Program-made: the position numbers and the translations under genes | Notes under the pieces: generated by a model | The model's database searches: none | Told to the model about the DNA's origin: nothing | Seen by the model: the letters and a program-made list of their open reading frames with translations, nothing else | Part shown: positions 17,786 through 26,483 of the stretch, in pieces | Position numbering within the stretch: the first letter of the stretch is position 1 | Layout of the letters: every line of letters begins with the position of its first letter | Source of the DNA: a virus | Strand: one strand, 5' to 3' | DNA: 64,000 nt | Virus record (IMG/VR): IMGVR_UViG_3300045988_114702

Positions 17786-17978
17786 CCTCCCGCACCTCCT
17801 CCAAAAGACCAAAACGTTCCATCGCATACCGCCGGGGCACCCGGCCAGGAAACGTGAGGTTTCCCCTTGCTTCCAGTTCCTGATTCATCTGCTGGATGTA
17901 CTTATATGCTCGGGACTTGCCACAGCCAACCAGTTCCGCAACCTCTGCACAACCGATGAAATACGACTCTTTGCTCAC
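17679..17978 (-). CDS. HTH DNA-binding protein (excisionase/MerR-like HTH_17 type)
   Basis: CAEVAELVGCGKSRAYKYIQQMN. The GTG at 17978 follows AAGGGGGA and forms a GTGA overlap. The tail overlaps the SLT gene. Confidence 0.5.
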   Translation of the reverse strand: MSKESYFIGCAEVAELVGCGKSRAYKYIQQMNQELEARGNLTFPGRVPRRYAMERFGLLEEVREDESTNARAAGSGGSGAASGGRKHRRGVRFPAEAAG

Positions 17979-18424
17979 GACTGCCGTCCCCCTTTCGAAA
18001 AACGCATATTGTTCATTGCCACATTCAGGTCGTTGGCCAAACGCATGATTTCGTCCCATTCGGCTTGCTCGCTCTCAGCGATCTGGCCATCTGCGGCGAT
18101 TTCTACCATTGCCTCCCGCTTTGCACAGAAGCGCTGAACCGCCGCCAGAACGCCCAGCACAGCTTCCGGCAGGTCTTTCAACTGGATCTCAGGCACGACC
18201 CGTTTGCCGAGATCTGATGTCAACCGCAGATGCTGCACGGCCAGATATGGGGCTTGATACACGTCACACATGGCGCTCGCTACATCGCTGGGCACTGGAC
18301 GCTGGCTCTGCTCATAGTCCCGCAGGCTGTCAACCGACACGTTCAAAAGCTGCGATGCTTTTTCCTGCGTAAAACCAGCAGATTTCCGCGCATTTTTGTA
18401 AATATTCTGGCTTTCAATCGCCAT
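17975..18424 (-). CDS. XRE-family HTH protein with C-terminal extension
   Basis: ARKSAGFTQEKASQLLNVSVDSLRDYE. Confidence 0.7.
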   Translation of the reverse strand: MAIESQNIYKNARKSAGFTQEKASQLLNVSVDSLRDYEQSQRPVPSDVASAMCDVYQAPYLAVQHLRLTSDLGKRVVPEIQLKDLPEAVLGVLAAVQRFCAKREAMVEIAADGQIAESEQAEWDEIMRLANDLNVAMNNMRFSKGGRQS

Positions 18425-18463
18425 TTCTTCACGCCGTCCTTTCTGGTATACTTGAGATGTAGG

Positions 18464-18676
18464 TTAGCTCCGGTACGCCACCCCGCTGATGTTCAGGCAC
18501 TTTTCGATTGCGCCCTGGACGTTCTCGGACGGCACCAGCACACCATTGACGACTTGGCTGATATGCGAGCGAGAAAAGCCCGTTTCCTTTGCCAGTTCCG
18601 TAACGGTCATATCGTCATGGTCGATCATGGCCTTCTTGACAGCCACGCACCAATCCGGCATCGTAGTCTTTTTCAT
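18464..18676 (-). CDS. Cro-like XRE HTH regulator
   Basis: MTVTELAKETGFSRSHISQVVNG. The ATG at 18676 follows GGAAGGAG. Confidence 0.7.
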   Translation of the reverse strand: MKKTTMPDWCVAVKKAMIDHDDMTVTELAKETGFSRSHISQVVNGVLVPSENVQGAIEKCLNISGVAYRS

Positions 18677-18704
18677 GCTTTTTCTCCTTCCTAACAAAGA
18701 TTTA

Positions 18705-18733
18705 TCTAACAAGTGTATTGAACACTTGTTAGA
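18705..18733. promoter_or_regulatory. operator palindrome TCTAACAAGTGT-ATTGA-ACACTTGTTAGA
   Basis: Perfect 12-bp inverted repeat in the divergent intergenic region. Confidence 0.6.
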
Positions 18734-19076
18734 TTTCTGATAAAATGAAAGAGCCAGTACCCACCATTCAACGCGTTCCCCTGTCGTTAAGCGAAGCTGT
18801 CATGGGAGCGGCGCTATAACTGCACAGCATCCAACTTGCGGCTGTTGTCCGCTATGCTTTGCAGCGGCGCTTGTCTTTAGGAGGTCAACGTTCATGGTTC
18901 GTATTGCGTGGTACGAATGAACCCCTTTGCTGAGAGGTTCTGGGGGAACGCGCTGAATGGTAAGCGCTGTACCCTTTCACTTAACATTTGTTCTGTACAA
19001 GTGTATTATAATCCATCAATTGCAACGTTTCAAGCTGTTTGAGCATCAATTGATGGATTTTGTGAGGATACACAAA

Positions 19077-19388
19077 ATGACAACCGAAAATTTGTATGAT
19101 TCTATCGCCCTTGCGGAAAACATCAAAATTCAGGCAAAGGCACGCAATATCCAGCTGAAGGATATGTACGCCGAACTCGGAATGAGCAAAGGCGTTCTTT
19201 CCAACTTGCGAACCGGTCGCATGATTGCCGCCGACAGTCTGGCGCGCATCGCTGACTACTTGGACTGCTCCATGGACTTCCTTATGGGGCGCACCGTTGA
19301 CCCCGCTGTGCAGCGTATGGAGTTAACAGATGAAGAACGTCAAAAGGTTACGGATTTCATTCAGTTCATTCTGAGCCAACGGAAATAA
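19077..19388 (+). CDS. XRE-family repressor-like regulator
   Basis: MYAELGMSKGVLSNLRTGR...DYLDCSMDFLMGRT. I prefer the ATG at 19077. Confidence 0.75.
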   Translation: MTTENLYDSIALAENIKIQAKARNIQLKDMYAELGMSKGVLSNLRTGRMIAADSLARIADYLDCSMDFLMGRTVDPAVQRMELTDEERQKVTDFIQFILSQRK

Positions 19389-19393
19389 TACTC

Positions 19394-19425
19394 AGAGCCG
19401 CTCCGATGGCTCTATTTTGCGTTTT
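19394..19425 (+). terminator. hairpin plus T-run after the XRE gene
   Basis: AGAGCC-8 nt-GGCTCT followed by ATTTTGCGTTTT. Confidence 0.45.
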
Positions 19426-19509
19426 CTATTCTTCCGCAGGGAATTTGCCGTCCGATAGGATATGCGGCTCAAATCGCTTCTCTGTGGACATTTGTTCGAT
19501 TTGGTGAAA

Positions 19510-19713
19510 TCAGCCATCAATGACGAAGTGCGCGCCCTCGGTGATAAGCACCGTACCGCGATGCTCGTCATTGACGATGGTTGTCCGTTTGCCGATGTAC
19601 TCAGCTGGCAGTTCGCCCCGCTTCACTCGTTCAAGGTTGTACGGAGATGCTTCCCAACGTCCCTTGTAGGACTCTGGGATCTTGCGCCACTCCGCTTTTG
19701 TGTAGTGACGCAT
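19510..19713 (-). CDS. hypothetical protein
   Basis: TGATG overlap with the upstream stop. The start is uncertain (the ORF extends to 19773). Confidence 0.45.
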   Translation of the reverse strand: MRHYTKAEWRKIPESYKGRWEASPYNLERVKRGELPAEYIGKRTTIVNDEHRGTVLITEGAHFVIDG

Positions 19714-20048
19714 CAGGTCTGCCCCCATTCTTCCCCATTCAGTTCCATCCAGCCGTAGGGGTCGCAGTACCACCAGCTGGATGCACCATCCTCGGTGAGC
19801 CGCACGATATCGGACACGCTCATGCTGTGGCCAGAGAAATCAACGGGTCGATTCGACCCGTTGAAGAGTGCGAACAGGCGAAGAAGCATCCTGACCACTT
19901 CCGGGACAGACGGAATCTCACCGCCATATACCCGGCGGTAGTTCTCCCGGTGGATGCCGCCCAGCTGTGCGGCCTGATCGGATGCCATGAACCGCAGTTT
20001 TACCTGCTCCATGGTGTCCTCTTTCAGCTGGTAGATCTCATACTTCAT
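19713..20048 (-). CDS. YodL-like domain protein
   Basis: MKYEIYQLK...NYRRVYGGEI...LFNGSNRPVDFSGHSMSVSDIV. Confidence 0.6.
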   Translation of the reverse strand: MKYEIYQLKEDTMEQVKLRFMASDQAAQLGGIHRENYRRVYGGEIPSVPEVVRMLLRLFALFNGSNRPVDFSGHSMSVSDIVRLTEDGASSWWYCDPYGWMELNGEEWGQT

Positions 20049-20153
20049 GTGAATCTTCCTTTCCTTGGTTTGCGGTGTTGGTTCCCGCGACCATCTTCGT
20101 GATGCCACGAAAATGGTTTCGGCCGATACCGGCGGCCATCATCAGGCGGGGTC

Positions 20154-20378
20154 TTAGTGGTCCGGTCTTTCATCGCCCAGTGTCTCCCATGTCCCACCGG
20201 GGAGAAAGAACTCCGCTGTACGATCTTCAAGCGCAGCCACGAAGTTCTCCCACCTCGGCCAGCGGACTTCATAGCCGTTGACGATCATATACGTGAAGCC
20301 CTCGCTGCGGTACTTGCTCTCCAAATGGCTCTCTTCCAGCTGAAAAAGTGGAATGGACTTGTTTGCAATCTTTTTCAT
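20154..20378 (-). CDS. hypothetical protein
   Basis: 74-aa ORF. Confidence 0.5.
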   Translation of the reverse strand: MKKIANKSIPLFQLEESHLESKYRSEGFTYMIVNGYEVRWPRWENFVAALEDRTAEFFLPGGTWETLGDERPDH

Positions 20379-20398
20379 CGTTCAGACCTCCAATTTGA

Positions 20399-20806
20399 TT
20401 AAACGTCAAAGCTGACCGAATGATATGCGAACCAGTGCCCGCAGCGGCGGTGCAGCTTGTACCAGTTTGTGAAGCGCTGCCCAGAGCAGTCATAGGCCGT
20501 CGGGTAAAACTCGTAGTAGCGGTTTTCCCGGAACCACTCGGCCGCATCGGTCTTGCTGGCCTTGTCCAGCTCGTTCGGGAGCTGCACCAGCTCAATGTAG
20601 CCATCAATGCCGCGCTCCTCGATAATGCGGCTGTCAGGTGCCGGGCGGTTGTTGTAGTCCCGGATCTCCTTCTTGATGCTGGCAATAAATGCGGCCATGC
20701 CGGACTTCTGTTCGGCGGTGGTGGTGTCCCGGATGAACGCCAGCAGGGTGTAAGCATCTCTCAGCTTCTCGGCGTCGGTGATCTTAAACATTGTCTTGTC
20801 CTCCAA
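20399..20806 (-). CDS. hypothetical protein
   Basis: 135-aa ORF. Confidence 0.55.
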   Translation of the reverse strand: MEDKTMFKITDAEKLRDAYTLLAFIRDTTTAEQKSGMAAFIASIKKEIRDYNNRPAPDSRIIEERGIDGYIELVQLPNELDKASKTDAAEWFRENRYYEFYPTAYDCSGQRFTNWYKLHRRCGHWFAYHSVSFDV

Positions 20807-20812
20807 TATTGT

Positions 20813-21133
20813 TTAGAATTCGTTGAAGTCTCCAGCATCGAACAGCAGACCGCTTCTGAATTTCAGGCTGAGCTTGCTTTCAGGGGGCTTGCGCTTGAAA
20901 ACAGGCTTTCCGTTCACCAACTCTGCATACACGGAAAAACTGCAGCGTGTACCTTGGAGAGTGATGTAAACACCGTTCTGATAAGCACGGAGTTCGCCAA
21001 GTTCCAGTCCCCAAGAAGTGGTAAACTCAAGGTTTCGGCTCAACGCATTGTGGAGAGATGACTTCTTGTTGTCCGGCATCATCCTGAAAAGCTCCAGCGC
21101 TTGCTTCTCGCAGTGCACGTTTTTGATTTCCAT
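20813..21133 (-). CDS. hypothetical protein
   Basis: 106-aa ORF with GAGGAGGG upstream. Confidence 0.55.
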   Translation of the reverse strand: MEIKNVHCEKQALELFRMMPDNKKSSLHNALSRNLEFTTSWGLELGELRAYQNGVYITLQGTRCSFSVYAELVNGKPVFKRKPPESKLSLKFRSGLLFDAGDFNEF

Positions 21134-21136
21134 GGT

Positions 21137-21310
21137 TCAGCCCTCCTCAATGACCCATCCGGCACAATAGCCGGGATCGCGAAGCCTTGCCTTTGCAAGT
21201 GCTTCATCGAACGTCCGGGCACGAACCCGGACAGGCGGCAGGTCGCCGCCCACGATTTCCCATGTAGCCATGGGTGCTACAAATCTCTCCATGTTGCGTT
21301 TCCTTTCCAT
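21137..21310 (-). CDS. small hypothetical protein (57 aa, below track cutoff)
   Basis: MERKRNMERFVAPMATWEIVGG.... This is the first ORF of the minus operon leaving the 21.3-kb switch. Confidence 0.4.
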   Translation of the reverse strand: MERKRNMERFVAPMATWEIVGGDLPPVRVRARTFDEALAKARLRDPGYCAGWVIEEG

Positions 21311-21338
21311 CTAACAGGTGAATGAATCACTTGTTAGA
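21310..21338. promoter_or_regulatory. operator palindrome TCTAACAGGTGA-ATGAA-TCACTTGTTAGA
   Basis: Same motif as at 18705, with one mismatch between the arms. Confidence 0.55.
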
Positions 21339-21388
21339 TATATTATAATCTCATAAAAGTGAGATAGCAATACAATATTCTCATTTTT

Positions 21389-21673
21389 GTGAGATTCATG
21401 CTTTTGCACAAAAAGGTGGTGTTCTATTTGTTGTTTTGGGAACGTTTTTATCGGATGTGCGAAATCCGCGGAACAAAGCCAAATCCGCTTGCCAAAGAGC
21501 TTGGCATCTCATCTGGAGCTGTCACGCGCTGGAAGAATGCAGAAGATCCTCCGTCTGGAAAAACACTCATGCTGCTTGCGGACAAACTGGACTGTTCCGT
21601 TGACTACCTGCTTGGCCGCACCGATGATCCTGTTCTTCATCAATTGGATTCGTCCTCGTCATCAGCCTTATAA
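21389..21673 (+). CDS. XRE-family regulator
   Basis: LAKELGISSGAVTRWKN...DCSVDYLLGRTDD. The true start is probably internal. Confidence 0.7.
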   Translation: MRFMLLHKKVVFYLLFWERFYRMCEIRGTKPNPLAKELGISSGAVTRWKNAEDPPSGKTLMLLADKLDCSVDYLLGRTDDPVLHQLDSSSSSAL

Positions 21674-21930
21674 CGCGCGCCCGCGCGTGATGAAGACGAT
21701 AGTCTTCATATCTTCTTATTCTTTTTCTTCTTCTTTTCTTAAGAAGATGGGTTTTTTCGGTTTTTAAAAAACCCAATGGGTTTTCACGTTTCACACACAT
21801 TTAGAAGAATCGTCGATTTATCAAGAACTACTTTGCATCCAATTTTGATATTTGACCTTCAAATTTGACTTTTCGACCTTGAATTTCACTTTTATGTTCG
21901 TGTTTTTCAAAACCCAAAAAAGCGAACGTA

Positions 21931-21963
21931 ACCGAAAAAACCCATTCGGTTTTTTCGGTTTTT
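21931..21963. terminator. perfect 12-bp hairpin with flanking T/A runs in a convergent intergenic zone
   Basis: ACCGAAAAAACC-CATTC-GGTTTTTTCGGT followed by TTTT. Confidence 0.4.
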
Positions 21964-21977
21964 GAGAAAGGTGGGGT

Positions 21978-22352
21978 TTACACCCCGCCAGGAACCACCT
22001 TGGAGATAACGAGCCTCCCGGCGAATCGCTGAAACTTTTCCGGCGAGCGAAACAGCTTCTCGAAATAGGCTGCATCTTCTTCCCGCAGATCCGCGAAGTC
22101 CTCTGCCGAGAGCCCAACTACCAAGAACGTGCCGGCAATGATGTCGTAGGGCTTACCGTTCTTGTACAACGCTCGGTTCAGTTCAAGCCCGCAGCACTTG
22201 CCCTCCTCATTGCAGATCAGGCCGACCGGGCGGCGTTCATCCGGGTAAATCACCTCAATATAGCCGCCTACGAGGCTCTGCAGGCTTGCAAGTTCGTTGG
22301 CAACGTTAATGCGTTCCGGGGCTTTGCCCGGCTCAATTTTCAGTGCTTTCAT
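21978..22352 (-). CDS. DUF3846 domain protein
   Basis: LASLQSLVGGYIEVIYP...LICNEEGK...IAGTFLVVG. Confidence 0.7.
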   Translation of the reverse strand: MKALKIEPGKAPERINVANELASLQSLVGGYIEVIYPDERRPVGLICNEEGKCCGLELNRALYKNGKPYDIIAGTFLVVGLSAEDFADLREEDAAYFEKLFRSPEKFQRFAGRLVISKVVPGGV

Positions 22353-22355
22353 GGC

Positions 22356-22589
22356 TTAATTCTCCTTTCTTGCTTTCAGCGGTTCGCCATTCCATGCCAC
22401 GCAATACGGGTGTGCATCCAGATCAGTGCCGTGCATCCAGCCGCCCTGCACAGCCATTGCGGCTTCCACCCGGTACGATTCCCGGGTGCGGCTCCGCTTG
22501 ACGTTCTTGTACAGAGCCCCACCGTGGGACTTCTGGAATGCTTTTGCTTCATCCTCGGTCTTAAAAAACTTGTTGCAATACATAGTCAA
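22356..22589 (-). CDS. hypothetical protein
   Basis: 77-aa ORF. Confidence 0.55.
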   Translation of the reverse strand: MTMYCNKFFKTEDEAKAFQKSHGGALYKNVKRSRTRESYRVEAAMAVQGGWMHGTDLDAHPYCVAWNGEPLKARKEN

Positions 22590-22635
22590 TCCTCCTGTGT
22601 TTCAAACGTGTTGGTTCCGGTCATGCTATTGTGGT

Positions 22636-23226
22636 TCAGTCCTCCTTTCTGTTCAGCTGGTACCCAGTGCCGCGATAGCTGATGATGTACCGGTAATCCG
22701 GCGTGCGGAACACCTCAATGCGGCTCTTATCCACGTTCTTGATGCCCAGTTTCCGGCGAATGAACGGAACCGCGATCTTGATGGTTTTGGCGTTGGTCAT
22801 GTCCTTGTTCCGGCGGTCAGGCCGCTGTGCATAGCGGCGCATCCGTACCTTGCTGACGGTCTCTGCATCCGCTGCGGTGCCATAGAACTTTTTGTAATCG
22901 CCGTAACCATTCACTTCGTAGTACCGCTGGATGCTGATTTGCTCCAGCCGGTCATTCCAGATGGTGTCTGCGTGGTTCTCATCGGCATCCGGGGAAACGT
23001 GCTCCTTCTCAAGAACGCGACCAGCGATCAGCTCCACACCCTGCTTGTCCCATCCCTCGGTGAAGGTCCGAAGCAGGACACGAACGACCTCAGCGCCATC
23101 CGTCAGGTCAATGTGGGCGATCTCGCCCTGACTGCCGCGCATCGTTGCGGTGTTGAAGTGATAGCCACGCTCCAGATACTTGTTCACTTCGGCTGTGAAT
23201 ACCTTGTTGATGTCTGCATACGTCAT
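22636..23226 (-). CDS. hypothetical protein
   Basis: ATG at 23226 follows AAGGGGGA. Confidence 0.6.
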   Translation of the reverse strand: MTYADINKVFTAEVNKYLERGYHFNTATMRGSQGEIAHIDLTDGAEVVRVLLRTFTEGWDKQGVELIAGRVLEKEHVSPDADENHADTIWNDRLEQISIQRYYEVNGYGDYKKFYGTAADAETVSKVRMRRYAQRPDRRNKDMTNAKTIKIAVPFIRRKLGIKNVDKSRIEVFRTPDYRYIISYRGTGYQLNRKED

Positions 23227-23239
23227 AATCGAATCCCCC

Positions 23240-23479
23240 TTATCGAACAATTGTACAACCGGCGTATTTAAAGTTCTTTGCCGCCACTGCAACTTCGGAC
23301 AGATGCTTTGCAAACTCTGCTACTCTCTCCGGGTTTGCTTCCGGGCAACTGGCCGAAATGCTAATCTGCACCTTTTCGCCTGAAACCAAGCCAACTTCGA
23401 TGCACTCATCCAGCGTGTCAATCTGCTTTGTGAAATCATGCATCGCCCGGCTCAATTCGCTGTATTTTACTGTTCTCAT
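23240..23479 (-). CDS. hypothetical protein (first gene leaving the 23.5-kb switch)
   Basis: ATG at 23479 follows GGAGGA. Confidence 0.5.
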   Translation of the reverse strand: MRTVKYSELSRAMHDFTKQIDTLDECIEVGLVSGEKVQISISASCPEANPERVAEFAKHLSEVAVAAKNFKYAGCTIVR

Positions 23480-23506
23480 TGTCCTGTCCTCCATTGGCTC
23501 TTGCAA

Positions 23507-23586
23507 TCTAACAAATGTTTGATTGTGATTATATAATAATCCAACACTTGTTAGAGGACAAGACCGCAAAGCAAACATTTGTTAGA
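23507..23586. promoter_or_regulatory. three operator half-sites (TCTAACAAATGTT / AACACTTGTTAGA / AACATTTGTTAGA)
   Basis: Half-sites at 23507-23519, 23543-23555 and 23574-23586, between divergent genes. Confidence 0.55.
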
Positions 23587-23632
23587 TTTCAGCACCGTGC
23601 ACAAGATTCTTAGAAGAAAGCTGGTAAAACGT

Positions 23633-23980
23633 ATGACGGTTACAGTACAACGCATCGTCGATCTGACCGAACACTATGGCACATCAGGCGCTTTTATAGC
23701 GCGCCTATGTGGGAAAAGTCGTTCCCTGATTGCTGGTTGGAAGGACGGTAAGGCAACTCCAACGGATGCAGACCTTTCTATCATTGCGGACCTCTACGGG
23801 GTGTCCGTGGCCTACCTGCGCGGCGAGGTAGACGCCCCTGCATCAAACGTCAAAAATGCTATGCAGCAACAACTTATGGACAGTGTACAAGGCCTGACCG
23901 ACGATGAAATGCGAAAGGTTATAGAATACGTTCGCTTCCTGAAATTTCTGGATGCAGAACAAAAGGCAGACCCCCAATAA
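23633..23980 (+). CDS. CI-like XRE repressor
   Basis: GAFIARLCGKSRSLIAGWKDGK...YGVSVAYLRGE. I prefer the ATG at 23633 over the track's alternative start, which lies inside the operator. Confidence 0.65.
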   Translation: MTVTVQRIVDLTEHYGTSGAFIARLCGKSRSLIAGWKDGKATPTDADLSIIADLYGVSVAYLRGEVDAPASNVKNAMQQQLMDSVQGLTDDEMRKVIEYVRFLKFLDAEQKADPQ

Positions 23981-24007
23981 GGGAGCCTGCCCATGCTGAA
24001 GGATGCG

Positions 24008-24139
24008 TTACTGCTCCTTCAGCTGCCCGATGTACTCAAGCACCTGCCGGATCTGTTCAGGGGGTAAATCCTTGATTTCGTCCCGCAGAACTTCATCCAG
24101 CACTTCTCCGTGCTTCGGGTGTTCATCCGATGCTGCCAT
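24008..24139 (-). CDS. small hypothetical protein (43 aa)
   Basis: ATG at 24139 follows GGAGTG. Product: MAASDEHPKHGEVLDEVLRDEIKDLPPEQIRQVLEYIGQLKEQ. Confidence 0.3.
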   Translation of the reverse strand: MAASDEHPKHGEVLDEVLRDEIKDLPPEQIRQVLEYIGQLKEQ

Positions 24140-24268
24140 GTGCCATCACTCCTTCCCGGCTTACAGATAGGCCATTGAAAGAGTATGACATCTGTACTTT
24201 GCATTTCCAGCTTTTGGAAACATATACCAATGCTCGTGATAAAATAACAGGAAAGGTTATGGTGTGAT

Positions 24269-25294
24269 ATGGGATTCAGGTATAGAAAAAGCATTCGGCT
24301 TGGTGGTGGGTTCCGCATCAATATTTCTGGTAGCGGTGTTGGATACTCATGGGGTGTTCCCGGGTATCGAATCACCAAAACAGCGAACGGAAAAATCCGG
24401 CAAACCGCCTCCATCCCGGGAACCGGACTGAGTTATTCGACCGAGGAATCCATTTATAAATCTGCACGAAAAAGCGCTCTAAAAGAAGAACCATATACAG
24501 ATACGGAAGTTATTCAATCTACCGACCGCGCAGACTATAAAAATTCCGACTTCAAGGCGCTTATGAAGCGAATCAACCGGGTTTGCTTTCTCAATAAAGC
24601 ATCATTTATCGTTGGAGCTATCAGCCTGCTCGCTTTCATCGTTCTTCATACACCGCAGCGGCTTTTCCTGACCATTTTATCATTCATCATATTTCTCTAT
24701 GCCCACTATATTGCTCCTGTAAATTTGGAATACGACTTCACCGATGAACAGTTTGATGCCTACGAAGAATGGTATAACGCTTGGCGTAAATTATTTGCCT
24801 GTGATGCCGTTTTCTATGTACCCGAAACCCACACCAACAGCAGCGCAAAAAAGAATGGCGGTGCCGAGAAAACCGTATCCGAAGAAAAAGCTCTCGGAAT
24901 GCCTGCACTCCCCTATTTTCTCAGAACAAATGTGCCTGTTTTTTCGGCCGCTCTGAATAAGAAGGAGTCCATTTATATTTTCCCGGATAAGGTGTTCTAT
25001 CTCCACAATAGCAAAATCAGCGCATACGACCTTTCGGAGGTCTCTTTCAATGTCGATTCTGTCAACTGTGTCACGGATCAGGAGCATCTACCGGCGGATA
25101 GCAAGGTGGTCAAAGAAACTTGGCTCCGGGTCAATGCCGATGGTTCCCCCGACCGACGCTATAAGAACAACAAGAAATGCCTTGTCTGCGAATACGGCAG
25201 GCTGCGCATCCGCTCTGACAGCGGACTAAATATTTATTTTCTGCTTAGCAATTCCGACAACGTAGACCAGTTCAAGGCAATTCTTCCACAATAA
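24269..25294 (+). CDS. DUF4236 domain membrane protein (lysogeny-region moron)
   Basis: MGFRYRKSIRLGGGFRINISGSGVGYSWGVPGYRI signature, plus two hydrophobic helices. Confidence 0.75.
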   Translation: MGFRYRKSIRLGGGFRINISGSGVGYSWGVPGYRITKTANGKIRQTASIPGTGLSYSTEESIYKSARKSALKEEPYTDTEVIQSTDRADYKNSDFKALMKRINRVCFLNKASFIVGAISLLAFIVLHTPQRLFLTILSFIIFLYAHYIAPVNLEYDFTDEQFDAYEEWYNAWRKLFACDAVFYVPETHTNSSAKKNGGAEKTVSEEKALGMPALPYFLRTNVPVFSAALNKKESIYIFPDKVFYLHNSKISAYDLSEVSFNVDSVNCVTDQEHLPADSKVVKETWLRVNADGSPDRRYKNNKKCLVCEYGRLRIRSDSGLNIYFLLSNSDNVDQFKAILPQ

Positions 25295-25299
25295 AAAAA

Positions 25300-25330
25300 G
25301 ACCCCGGCCATTATAAAAATGGTCGGGGAT
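25300..25330 (+). terminator. imperfect hairpin after the DUF4236 gene
   Basis: CCCCGGCCATT-loop-AATGGTCGGGG followed by ATTTAT. Confidence 0.4.
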
Positions 25331-25357
25331 TTATAAACTCTTCAGGAGGTATATTCG

Positions 25358-26470
25358 ATGCCCTGCTATAAAGACGAAAAAACGGGAACTTGGTATTGCC
25401 AGTTTCGATATACTGATTTCACCGGAGCGCAGAAGCAGAAGCGCAAGCGCGGCTTCAAAACCCGCCGCGAAGCGCAGGAGTGGGAGCGGGAATTTCATCT
25501 GCAGAAAGCCAAAAGCTGTGATATGACACTTGCCAGCTTTGTGGAGTTATACTTCAACGACCGGGAGCATCATGTCCGTGGCACCACAATGGACACTAAG
25601 CGAAATATTTTTGACACCAAAATTGTTCCGCTTCTCGGAAACCGGAAAATGAACGAAATCACAGCCCTGGACATTCGAGACTGGCAACAGCGGGTCAAGG
25701 AGATGGGCGAAGCCACTGGTCTGCCTTATGCGGAAACGTATCTCTATACCATTCATGCACAGTTGACTGCCCTCTTTAACTATGCCCAGACATTCTACGG
25801 TCTGCAATTCAATCCGTGCGATGCAGCCGGCTACATGGGGTCCTCTATCGCCGGTGAAATGCTTATCATCACAAAAGACCAGTACGAGATTTTACGAAAA
25901 GAATTTCGCAATGAGGCCTATCTTCTGGCATTTGATATTCTATTCTGGACAGGATGCCGTGAAGGTGAAATGTTGGCGCTGCTGCCGAAAGACCTGACTG
26001 ATGATGACCAGTTGCGAATCTATAAAACTTATCACCGGAAAAAGGGTCAAGACATTCTCGGCCCCACCAAGAATAGCAAAAAGGGCGGCAACAGAAATGT
26101 GCCTATCCCCCATTGGCTGGCAGAAGAATTTCGTACCTACTGTTCTAAACTATACGGCCTGACCCCAGATGACCGGGTATTTTACATGACCTGTACAGCC
26201 CTCAACAAAGAATTGACCCGCTGCACCCAGATAACCTATCTGCCGGACATTCGTGTCCACGATCTTCGGCACAGCCACGTTTCTCTCTGTATCGAACTTG
26301 GGTACTCTATTGTTCTGGTGGCCAAGCGGATAGGGGATACTGTTCCTGTTGTCATGCGGACATACGCCCATCTGTACCCCAATAAGCAGCAGGAACTCGT
26401 GTCAAGGCTGGAAACTCTCAGTACTTCCTCTTCCTCCAAGGATGAATCCGATTTGATGCCACTCGTCTAA
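25358..26470 (+). CDS. int: tyrosine site-specific integrase with N-terminal arm-binding domain
   Basis: HDLRHSHVSL...RTYAHLY catalytic region. The N-terminus is MPCYKDEKTGTWYCQFRYTD. Confidence 0.9.
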   Translation: MPCYKDEKTGTWYCQFRYTDFTGAQKQKRKRGFKTRREAQEWEREFHLQKAKSCDMTLASFVELYFNDREHHVRGTTMDTKRNIFDTKIVPLLGNRKMNEITALDIRDWQQRVKEMGEATGLPYAETYLYTIHAQLTALFNYAQTFYGLQFNPCDAAGYMGSSIAGEMLIITKDQYEILRKEFRNEAYLLAFDILFWTGCREGEMLALLPKDLTDDDQLRIYKTYHRKKGQDILGPTKNSKKGGNRNVPIPHWLAEEFRTYCSKLYGLTPDDRVFYMTCTALNKELTRCTQITYLPDIRVHDLRHSHVSLCIELGYSIVLVAKRIGDTVPVVMRTYAHLYPNKQQELVSRLETLSTSSSSKDESDLMPLV

Positions 26471-26483
26471 GCCGAAAACGAAT

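Noticed and set aside
24019-24414. 131-aa minus-strand ORF
   Set aside because: It runs antisense across the promoter and 5' end of the well-supported DUF4236 gene. Its sequence is low-complexity, and only the short 43-aa ORF at 24008..24139 has an RBS.
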